From Candidatus Latescibacterota bacterium (GTDB lineage Bacteria > Latescibacterota > UBA2968 > UBA8231): DNA of 64,000 nt. A program made the position numbers and the translations under genes. Shown in pieces: positions 57,267 through 64,000 of this stretch (its first letter is position 1; every line of letters begins with the position of its first letter). Location of the stretch: positions 3,008,001 through 3,072,000 of the forward strand of contig OZ242318.1 of the NCBI GenBank assembly GCA_965208105.1, in the 5' to 3' direction. The notes under the pieces are model-generated. The model did not search any database, was not told where the DNA came from, and worked only from the letters and a program-made list of their open reading frames with translations.

Positions 57267-58451
57267 ATGTCCCGATTGATTTTCCTGCTACTCCTGGGTG
57301 GTGTTTTCTCGAACCCAGCCCAGTCGCTGCAACCGCCAGAGCGATTCGAGGCCTTCGACACGCCCAACGATGCCGGCGGGAGCATTACCCTGACCTGGCC
57401 CCGGTCGTCCTCGGTACCGGCGGGGGAGGTCTATCTGGTCTCGGTGGCCGTCGCGCCGGACGGCCCCTTCTATCCGGCGGCGGAAGTAGATGCAGACGGG
57501 GATCTCGCCTCCGGTGGCGAGGAGGACCGAAACCTTCACCTTGCCCTCGTGAGGGAATTTTTGGTGGGCGAGCGAAAGGTGTCCCTGGAGAACAACAGGC
57601 CCTACTATTTCCGTCTTGGACTGCGGGGTGCGGGCGAGGACTTTCCCGGGGGGTCGACGGTAGAGGCGGAAGCCCGGGGCAATCTGTTCAATTGGCTGAA
57701 GCTGAACAATCTGATCCTGGGGACCTCCTTTTCCCTCATCATCCTGTGTGCCATCGCCTTGGCCCGGCGTCGAGCTCTTTACATTCGGAGAATCGCCGGT
57801 CTCGAAGCCCTGGACGAAGCCCTGGGACGAGCTACCGAGATGGGCAGGGCCGTCCTGTTCATCCACGGCCTGAGAGAAATGGAGCAGATTTCCACCATTG
57901 CCGCCGTAAACATTCTGGGGCGCATCGCCCGGCGCACCGCCGAATTCGATACGGCCTTGCGCGTAGCCAACTCCAACCCGGTGGTCATGGCGGTGAGCCA
58001 GGAAACCGTGAAGGAGGCCTACCTGGAGGTCGGCCGGCCGGATGCCTACAATCCGGACAATATCTTTGTAGCCGGCACAGATCAGTTCAGCTATGCGGCG
58101 GCGGTGGAAGGGATGATGATGCGCGAGCGGCCGGCCGCACACATCATGATGGGTTATTTCTATGCCGAGTCGCTTCTATTGGCCGAAACCGGCTCTACCA
58201 CGGGCGCCATTCAGATCGCCGGGACCGATGCTTTTACCCAGCTTCCATTTTTTGTTACAACCTGCGACTACACCTTGTTGGGCGAAGAACTGTACGCCGC
58301 CAGCGCATACCTCTCGCGCGAGCCCCGGCTTCTGGGCAGCCTCAAAGGGCAGGACATCGGCAAAGGCATGCTGATCGTCGTTATCGTGCTCGGCACCTTG
58401 CTGGCTTGCCTGGATCTTCCGCTTCTGACAAGTTTTTTCAGCGCGCATTGA
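57267..58451 (+). CDS. Exported FN3-like domain plus DUF6754-like membrane-anchored domain protein
   Basis: Signal peptide; P...AFDTPNDAGGSITLTW FN3-like start; TM helix; IRRIAGL.A.DEA.GRATEMG...AE.G...GA.QIAGT...QLPFF...CDY.L.GEELYAA.AY; C-terminal TM helix. Confidence 0.8.
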   Translation: MSRLIFLLLLGGVFSNPAQSLQPPERFEAFDTPNDAGGSITLTWPRSSSVPAGEVYLVSVAVAPDGPFYPAAEVDADGDLASGGEEDRNLHLALVREFLVGERKVSLENNRPYYFRLGLRGAGEDFPGGSTVEAEARGNLFNWLKLNNLILGTSFSLIILCAIALARRRALYIRRIAGLEALDEALGRATEMGRAVLFIHGLREMEQISTIAAVNILGRIARRTAEFDTALRVANSNPVVMAVSQETVKEAYLEVGRPDAYNPDNIFVAGTDQFSYAAAVEGMMMRERPAAHIMMGYFYAESLLLAETGSTTGAIQIAGTDAFTQLPFFVTTCDYTLLGEELYAASAYLSREPRLLGSLKGQDIGKGMLIVVIVLGTLLACLDLPLLTSFFSAH

Positions 58452-58458
58452 GGAGGAA

Positions 58459-59118
58459 GTGATGCTATTCCTGAGTCGAACCCTTCCCGTAATCGTCGCA
58501 TTTGGATTCGGGCTAATCGGCATCGCCATTTACTATATCCCGCATGCCAGTGCGCAGAACCTGGAGAGAGAGCTCGCGTTGTGGCTGCGCATTGTTCTGG
58601 CCTTTGCCTACTTCCTGGGCCTCTACAGCCTGGCGAACTTGCACTGGGAGCGTATCCGTCAGCGCGGTTCCGGCTGGGGCTACAGCCTCGTCGCCTATAT
58701 CAGTTTCGGGGTGATGTTTCTCTTTGTCGTTTTCAACGACGGAAGCGGTCCATTCAAGCCCCAGGCCGAGGCCGGGGGGTATCAATGGCTCTTTCAATAC
58801 GTACACGTTCCCTGCACTTCGACCATGTTTTCCATTCTGGCCTTTTTCATCGCGTCGGCGGCCTATCGCACCTTTCGAGCGCGCACCCCGGAGGCGGCCA
58901 TATTGCTCGTCGCCGCGGTGATCGTCATGCTCGGGCGCGTCCCCATCGGCCGGGCGATTGCCGATATCATACCCCTGGCCTCCGAATGGCTCATGGAGGT
59001 GCCAAACCTGGCTGCCAAGCGCGGCATTCTCCTGGGTGTCAGCCTGGGCGCCATCGCCACCTCGCTCCGCATTATCTTTGGAATCGAGCGCTCCTACCTG
59101 GGAGGAGGTGAGGAGTAA
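58459..59118 (+). CDS. Conserved hypothetical polytopic membrane protein (219 aa)
   Basis: About 5-6 TM helices; P..STMFSILAFFIASAAYRTFRART.EA and AAKRGI.LG..LG.I..SLRI..G.ER motifs; AGGAGG RBS. Confidence 0.8.
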   Translation: MMLFLSRTLPVIVAFGFGLIGIAIYYIPHASAQNLERELALWLRIVLAFAYFLGLYSLANLHWERIRQRGSGWGYSLVAYISFGVMFLFVVFNDGSGPFKPQAEAGGYQWLFQYVHVPCTSTMFSILAFFIASAAYRTFRARTPEAAILLVAAVIVMLGRVPIGRAIADIIPLASEWLMEVPNLAAKRGILLGVSLGAIATSLRIIFGIERSYLGGGEE

Positions 59119-59945
59119 TGCAGCGCCTGATGAACATCGACCGCCGCATCATTTTTGTCCTGGTTTTCCTGGGGGTGGCGATACCCCTTCTGGTGGACTT
59201 CTACCTTCCGATCAAACCGACCTCTACGGTCCAGGCGGTCTACGATGAAATCGAGCGGGTGGCCGCGATTGACGAGGGTACGGTGCTGCTGAGTTTTTCC
59301 TACGGCGCCAGTACCGAGCCGGAGATGCAGCCCATGGCCCGTTCCCTGGTCAGGCATTGCTTCAGCCGCGACATAAAGGTGGTTGCCATCTGCCTGTGGC
59401 CCGAGGCCCCGGGTTTGGCCCAGGAGGTGCTGCAAACCACCGCCGCCGAATTCGGCAAGACATACGGTGTCGACTACGCCTTCATGGGCTACAAGCCGGG
59501 CAACTACAGCGTCATTCTCAATATGGGGCAGGACTTCCACGACGCATTTCCCCGCGACGCCTGGGGGGCGCGATCGAATACCGTTCGGTTGACGAGGGAC
59601 ATCCGGTCGCTGCGCGACTTCGACTTTGTCATTGACCTGGCGGCGGGCGATTCGATCGAGTTCTGGTGGATACCCTTTGGACAGGAGAAGTTCGGATTCC
59701 CCTTTGCAGGGGGTTGTACGGCGGTGATGGCTCCGGACCTCTTCCCCTTCCTGCAGTCCCGGCAGCTCATCGGCCTGATCGGAGGCCTGGCAGGAGCAGC
59801 TGAATATGAAATTCTGATGAATCGCCGCGATTCGGCTACCGAGGCGATGCGTGCCCAGTCGATTACACACCTCATCATCATCGCCTTCATTCTGTTCGGC
59901 AATGCCGTCTTTTTTCTGACGCGCCGGCGCAGCGTCCACCCGTAG
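59118..59945 (+). CDS. Conserved hypothetical protein with N- and C-terminal TM helices flanking an alpha/beta domain (275 aa)
   Basis: DRRIIF TM helix, Y..S..PE.QPM, YGVDY..MGYKPG, GGL.GAAEYE and M.AQS..H motifs; TAATG coupling to the previous gene. Confidence 0.8.
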   Translation: MQRLMNIDRRIIFVLVFLGVAIPLLVDFYLPIKPTSTVQAVYDEIERVAAIDEGTVLLSFSYGASTEPEMQPMARSLVRHCFSRDIKVVAICLWPEAPGLAQEVLQTTAAEFGKTYGVDYAFMGYKPGNYSVILNMGQDFHDAFPRDAWGARSNTVRLTRDIRSLRDFDFVIDLAAGDSIEFWWIPFGQEKFGFPFAGGCTAVMAPDLFPFLQSRQLIGLIGGLAGAAEYEILMNRRDSATEAMRAQSITHLIIIAFILFGNAVFFLTRRRSVHP

Positions 59946-59956
59946 AGGAGGCAGTA

Positions 59957-60685
59957 TTGACTCGCGACACCTGTATATTCCTGGCCTTCACTCTGCTTTT
60001 CATCGGCGTCAACATCTATTTCCTGGCTGATGGGACGCTGAGGTTGGATTGGACCGGCTTTGGCATTATTGTGGCGGCAGGCCTTACCCTTGCTCTCTAC
60101 AGCTTTCTCTACAAGGACAACCCGCTGTTCAAATTTGCCGAGCACATTTTCGTGGGCGTAGCCGCGGCCTATGTTTTCGGCCAGTACTGGTATCCGACGA
60201 TTTACGGTGAAATCGTCGCCAAGTTTGCCGCCCTTGGGTCGGAGGAGGCGGAGGCCCAGGGGAGCACCTGGTGGCTGCTCGTGCCATCGGGCCTGGGCAT
60301 TCTGATGTTGACCCGTTTCTCGCGGCGAATCGGCTGGCTCAGCCGCATTTCATTTGCTTTCTATGTCGGTCTGGGCGCCGGCCTTACCATTCCACGATTC
60401 ACTTCTTCCTTTATTCTATCCCAGCTGGAACCCATGCTGGTGCCCCTGAGTTGGGATTTTGAAGGGTTGAATCTCTTCATCATCCTGGTCGGCGTGGTTA
60501 CGGTGCTAATCTACTTTTTCTTTTCGGTGGAACACAGCGGTGCCGTCGGTCACGCTTCCAAGATCGGCATCTGGTTCCTGATGGTATCTTTCGGTGCTTC
60601 GTTCGGATATACCATCATGGCGCGCCTTTCCCTTCTGATCGGCCGCCTGCGCTTTCTCCTCGACGACTGGCTGCACGTCATGTGA
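59957..60685 (+). CDS. Conserved hypothetical polytopic membrane protein (242 aa)
   Basis: TL..YSFLYKDNP.FK.AEH.FVG...Y, L.YFFFS.EH and FLMVSFGASFGYT.MAR.SLL.GR motifs; TTG start with AGGAGG RBS. Confidence 0.8.
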   Translation: MTRDTCIFLAFTLLFIGVNIYFLADGTLRLDWTGFGIIVAAGLTLALYSFLYKDNPLFKFAEHIFVGVAAAYVFGQYWYPTIYGEIVAKFAALGSEEAEAQGSTWWLLVPSGLGILMLTRFSRRIGWLSRISFAFYVGLGAGLTIPRFTSSFILSQLEPMLVPLSWDFEGLNLFIILVGVVTVLIYFFFSVEHSGAVGHASKIGIWFLMVSFGASFGYTIMARLSLLIGRLRFLLDDWLHVM

Positions 60686-60741
60686 CCGGTCAGCGCAACC
60701 GGCTCGTACCTGGGCTCGTAAGTATGCGCGTGAACGGGGTC

Positions 60742-60786
60742 GCCGAGGCGCCCGGACCGCAAGGGGCATGAGCGGGGGCAACGCCG
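60742..60786 (-). repeat. Possible degenerate relative of the internal part of the 6856-7015 element
   Basis: Minus strand reads CGGCGTTGC...CCCCT...CGCCTCGGC, the same three blocks in the same order as at about 6908-6950. Confidence 0.3.
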
Positions 60787-60838
60787 CAGGCTCCGATGCA
60801 GCGGCTGAACAATTAAGGCGGAATTGCGCAGGCAGGCC

Positions 60839-61612
60839 CTAGGTTGAGGGGTCGGTCTCTCGCGGCAGGAAGATCTCGTAGCGCTCCGGGTCATCATAGC
60901 CTTCGATTTCGCAGGGGGCCACGCCCGGACTGGCGATGGCCGTGCGCACGACGTGTTTGTTGAAGGAACTGACATTTTCATCATTCAGATAATCGGCCAG
61001 CGGCATCCAGCGGCAGGCGGCGATCTCCTCCTCCTGGATGGCGATTTCCGCGCTCAGGGGATGCAGCCTGCAAACGAAGTAGATGTCCGACTTTCCGTAG
61101 CGGTAACCGTGCCAGTGCCGGAAACACACCAGGGCGTCGAACTCGGCTTCAACCCCGGTTTCCTCGCGCACCTCGCGAACGACCGCCTGCGCCAGATGCT
61201 CTCCTTCGTGCAGCGCGCCGCCCGGAAGCTTGTAGCGCGGCGGCTGGTTGTTCATCCGATGGTATTTCTCGGATACCACCAGCAATTCCTCCTTGTCATT
61301 GAGGACTACACCGCCGGCACCAATGTAGTGTGAAGCATATGCAGGAATGAATGCGCCATCCTCCAGGCGCAGAGTGAGCATGAGGTAGTCCTCGCGGCTG
61401 TGGTGAAATGAAAAACCCGCCTCCACCGCCACGGGGATCAGTTGCGATCTTACAATGGGGACCTCCAGCCACACCACCCGGAGCCCTTCTTCCCTCCAGG
61501 CTTCCAGGGAAGAGCGGAGCCTCTCGGTGAATGTAATCGGGTCCGCGTCCAGTGCGGCCGGATTAGTGAGCACGCCGCCGAAGGGATTGAGGGTCGAATC
61601 TATGGGCTGCAT
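60839..61612 (-). CDS. Nudix hydrolase of the NUDT6/plant NUDT2-7-8 type (pre-Nudix domain plus Nudix)
   Basis: N-terminal GGV...L..SL..W...G...VWL..P...GF.FHH...Y.ML; Nudix box GGALHEGEHLAQAVVREVREETGV; FRH.H...GKSD.YF.C. Confidence 0.88.
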   Translation of the reverse strand: MQPIDSTLNPFGGVLTNPAALDADPITFTERLRSSLEAWREEGLRVVWLEVPIVRSQLIPVAVEAGFSFHHSREDYLMLTLRLEDGAFIPAYASHYIGAGGVVLNDKEELLVVSEKYHRMNNQPPRYKLPGGALHEGEHLAQAVVREVREETGVEAEFDALVCFRHWHGYRYGKSDIYFVCRLHPLSAEIAIQEEEIAACRWMPLADYLNDENVSSFNKHVVRTAIASPGVAPCEIEGYDDPERYEIFLPRETDPST

Positions 61613-61698
61613 GCGCCCTCCTTTGGTCCAAAGGTGAAGGTCCGCAAAAATTGGGTCAGAGATAGCAATCTATCGGAAAGGTGTCAAGGAAAGCTGAA

Positions 61699-63549
61699 AT
61701 GGAGCGAGTCCTTTCCAGAAAGCTCATCGGGAAGAAGACCCGGAGGGAGCTCCGGGCATACCTTGGAGACCACCTGCCGCAGCTGCAACAACCGGCGGAC
61801 AGAAGGGCATGGGTCCGGCGCAGCGCGCATATTCGGCACCGGATCCTAGAATCCTTCTTCCGTGGCCATCCGGCCGACCTGCTTGCCGGAAAGCCCGGGG
61901 TGGAGTGGGCGGGAGTCCTGCAGACCTGCCGCGATTACCGCATCCGCAAACTGCGCTACGAGGGCTATCCCGGCATGTGGATCCCCGCCTTGCTCTACGA
62001 GCCTGCTGGCAGAAATGACAGGATGCCCGCCGTCCTCAACCCCAATGGGCACCACGCCGGGGGCAAGGCCATGGATTACAAGCAGGCCCGCTGCATAAAC
62101 CTGGCCAAGCGTGGCATGCTGGCCCTGAGCACCGAGTTTATCGGCATGGGCGAACTTCGCGCCTCCATGGACCATAACCGCATTGCGCATCTCGACTTGT
62201 GTGGCGTGGCAGGCGTCGGTGTCTTCTACGTGGCCATGAAGCGGGGGCTCGACGTATTGCTGGCCCATCCGCAGGCCGACCGCGAGCGCGTCGCCATGAC
62301 CGGACTTTCGGGCGGCGGCTGGCAAACCATTGTTCTGGCCGCCCTGGACGGTCGCGTCAAGGTGGCGGTGCCGGTCGCCGGCCATTCGCCGGTGTGGCAG
62401 CGCGCCGGCTGCGAGGACGACATTGGCGATATGGAGCAGGTTCCATCCGATCTGTGCCCGATTGCGGATTATGACAGCCTTACTGCCATGCTGGCTCCGC
62501 GCCCGACTCTTTTGATCTACAACCGCAAGGATGACTGTTGCTTCAAGACCCGGAGAACCCGCAAGTCAATATACCAGCCGGCCGAACAGGTCTATTCTTT
62601 GTTTGGAGCCGGCCACAAACTGCAGCTGCATGACAACGTGGATCCCGGCACCCACAACTATGATAGCAAAAACCGCAGTCAACTTTACAAGTTCCTCAAC
62701 CAGCATTTTGGTCTCGACACCCCCGAAGAGGACCTGCCCTGGAAGGACGAAATCCATACCGAGTCCGAGCTGAACGTAGGTTTGCCTCCGGGGAACGCCA
62801 CTCTCATCTCCCTTGCCCAGCAAGCCTTGCGGCGGGTCCGGGACACGCGCAAGAAGGGGCGGGGGAGGCCAGGGAGGCGCAGACAGCTCGCAGGATTGAT
62901 CAAGGTCGAGGAGTTCGACCAGGTGAAGGCGAGGCTGGTCAGCGGTCCCTATCGGCGCGGCGGGTGTACGGTGCGCCAATACATCCTTACCCTTGACCAC
63001 ACCTGGAGTGTGCCTCTAACCGAACTGGTCCCCGCCGAGGTTCGGGGAGTGGAATTGATGGTTTCCGACCGGGGCCGGAACGGGAGTGCAAGGCAGGCGG
63101 GGGAAGCCCTGGCCGCCGGACGCCGCCTGCTGGTGGCCGATATCTTTGGCACCGGCGAAGCCGAAATTGCCGCCTCCTATCACATGCTGTTGGCCTCCGC
63201 CGGCCGGCGGGCGCTTGGACTGCAGGTGGGTCAGTTGCTGGCCTTGCTGCGCTGGGCAAGCAGGCGGTACCGAAGAAACACGGTTAGTTTACGCGCGAAC
63301 AGTCAGGCCGTATCGGTAGCGGCCCTGGTCTCCACTGCCCTGGCCCCCAACCTCGTGGCGGAGCTTATCACCTGTGCCATGATGGATTCGTTTGCCCGCC
63401 TCATCGAATGGCCGCTTCCCTACGCCAATGCTCCCCCGCTTTTCTGCTTCGGGTTGCTGAAAGAGTTCGATGTCGATGACCTGATTGCACTTACGGACCC
63501 GGTGCCCTTGCGCGATTCCCAACGCGGTCCCCTGCGTTCCAGGCGATAA
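61699..63549 (+). CDS. Alpha/beta-hydrolase (acetylxylan esterase/dienelactone hydrolase-like), two-domain
   Basis: PAVL.PNGH, nucleophile elbow MTGLSGGGWQT, APRP.L...DDCCF and HNY motifs. Confidence 0.8.
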   Translation: MERVLSRKLIGKKTRRELRAYLGDHLPQLQQPADRRAWVRRSAHIRHRILESFFRGHPADLLAGKPGVEWAGVLQTCRDYRIRKLRYEGYPGMWIPALLYEPAGRNDRMPAVLNPNGHHAGGKAMDYKQARCINLAKRGMLALSTEFIGMGELRASMDHNRIAHLDLCGVAGVGVFYVAMKRGLDVLLAHPQADRERVAMTGLSGGGWQTIVLAALDGRVKVAVPVAGHSPVWQRAGCEDDIGDMEQVPSDLCPIADYDSLTAMLAPRPTLLIYNRKDDCCFKTRRTRKSIYQPAEQVYSLFGAGHKLQLHDNVDPGTHNYDSKNRSQLYKFLNQHFGLDTPEEDLPWKDEIHTESELNVGLPPGNATLISLAQQALRRVRDTRKKGRGRPGRRRQLAGLIKVEEFDQVKARLVSGPYRRGGCTVRQYILTLDHTWSVPLTELVPAEVRGVELMVSDRGRNGSARQAGEALAAGRRLLVADIFGTGEAEIAASYHMLLASAGRRALGLQVGQLLALLRWASRRYRRNTVSLRANSQAVSVAALVSTALAPNLVAELITCAMMDSFARLIEWPLPYANAPPLFCFGLLKEFDVDDLIALTDPVPLRDSQRGPLRSRR

Positions 63550-63630
63550 TCGGAAAACAGGATGGCCATTGCTCACTCCTGCCCGGCCGCCGATGCGAAC
63601 GCCTGGGTCCCTGGGCACAGGCCACAACCC

Positions 63631-63664
63631 GACGCCCCACACCCTCAGGTGGGTGTGGGGCGTC
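63631..63664. repeat. Perfect 14-bp inverted repeat (REP-like or bidirectional terminator) between convergent genes
   Basis: GACGCCCCACACCC-TCAGGT-GGGTGTGGGGCGTC. Confidence 0.6.
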
Positions 63665-63905
63665 CGCAAAGAGCCCTCTCCCCCTGGATACGCCCACTGG
63701 ATTGTGTGATTGGTGGATGCTTTGAAGGGCTGGGTGGCTTGGCGGCCGGAGCATTTACACCTGTGCATGTCGCCGCGTCCTGCGCCCCTGCTTTCTTCAG
63801 CGCTGATTCATTCCGGGTAATTCCCTGGCCAGTGCAACCGGGGCGGGTTGCCGCCATTGCCGCAGCGCGATGGTCAGCCGGACCTCCCGGAGAAGTCTCC
63901 ACGCC

Positions 63906-63998
63906 TCATGCGTACTTGTCGCGCAACCGTCGAGCTGCCTCTACCTCGAATTTGAGCTTGGTGTAGACCTCGTCCATATCTATCCTCGCGGCTGAGCC
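63906..63998 (-). CDS. C-terminal end of a CDS entering from the right edge, possibly a cobalamin-independent methionine synthase-like protein
   Basis: Hand translation ...GSAARIDMDEVYTKLKFEVEAARRLRDKYA* resembles the terminal KL...V.AA..LR helix of MetE catalytic-domain proteins; only 30 codons are visible. Confidence 0.4.
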   Translation of the reverse strand, partial: GSAARIDMDEVYTKLKFEVEAARRLRDKYA

Positions 63999-64000
63999 CG

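Noticed and set aside
54402-58462. Long alternative-frame ORFs (54402-55592 -, 55900-57246 -, 57047-58462 +)
   Set aside because: They overlap well-supported genes almost entirely and are antisense shadows or Arg/Gly/Pro-rich off-frame translations.

Overview
GC-rich (~60%) bacterial chromosomal segment, densely coding, with no CRISPR array, prophage or transposase that I can detect. Gene content suggests an uncultured diderm lineage near the FCB group, such as Ca. Latescibacterota; this is inference only. From left to right: ccmF/ccmE (CxxxY-type CcmE); M24 peptidase; HtrA; a sigma-54 activator; a ~160-bp MITE-like element; a 1218-aa TPR protein. Next is a remodelled ispE-tRNA-Gln-rplY-pth-[hppA]-rpsF-DUF2232-rplI-tRNA-Sec translation cluster that lacks prs, ssb and rpsR. 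Then UPF0182, gap, a DtxR/MntR regulator, transporters, a surface-glycan block with an AT-rich methyltransferase, ppk2, sugar/sugar-acid oxidation genes with an SSS transporter, a ferritin-like (DUF455)-ATP-grasp fusion, mtnP, a nuclease-DinG helicase and a CPA2-PTS EIIA antiporter. The best candidate for an uncharacterised system is a tightly packed 8-gene operon at 53461-60685. It encodes an orphan GlmL/MutL-like ASKHA ATPase with no B12 mutase subunits nearby, a soluble barrel-sandwich-hybrid/swiveling/KOW-like partner, a small helical protein and five membrane proteins. Two of the membrane proteins look like distant paralogues with opposite predicted topology. I interpret the operon as a possible new ATP-energised membrane complex. 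All family calls come from motif recognition by eye, not database searches.
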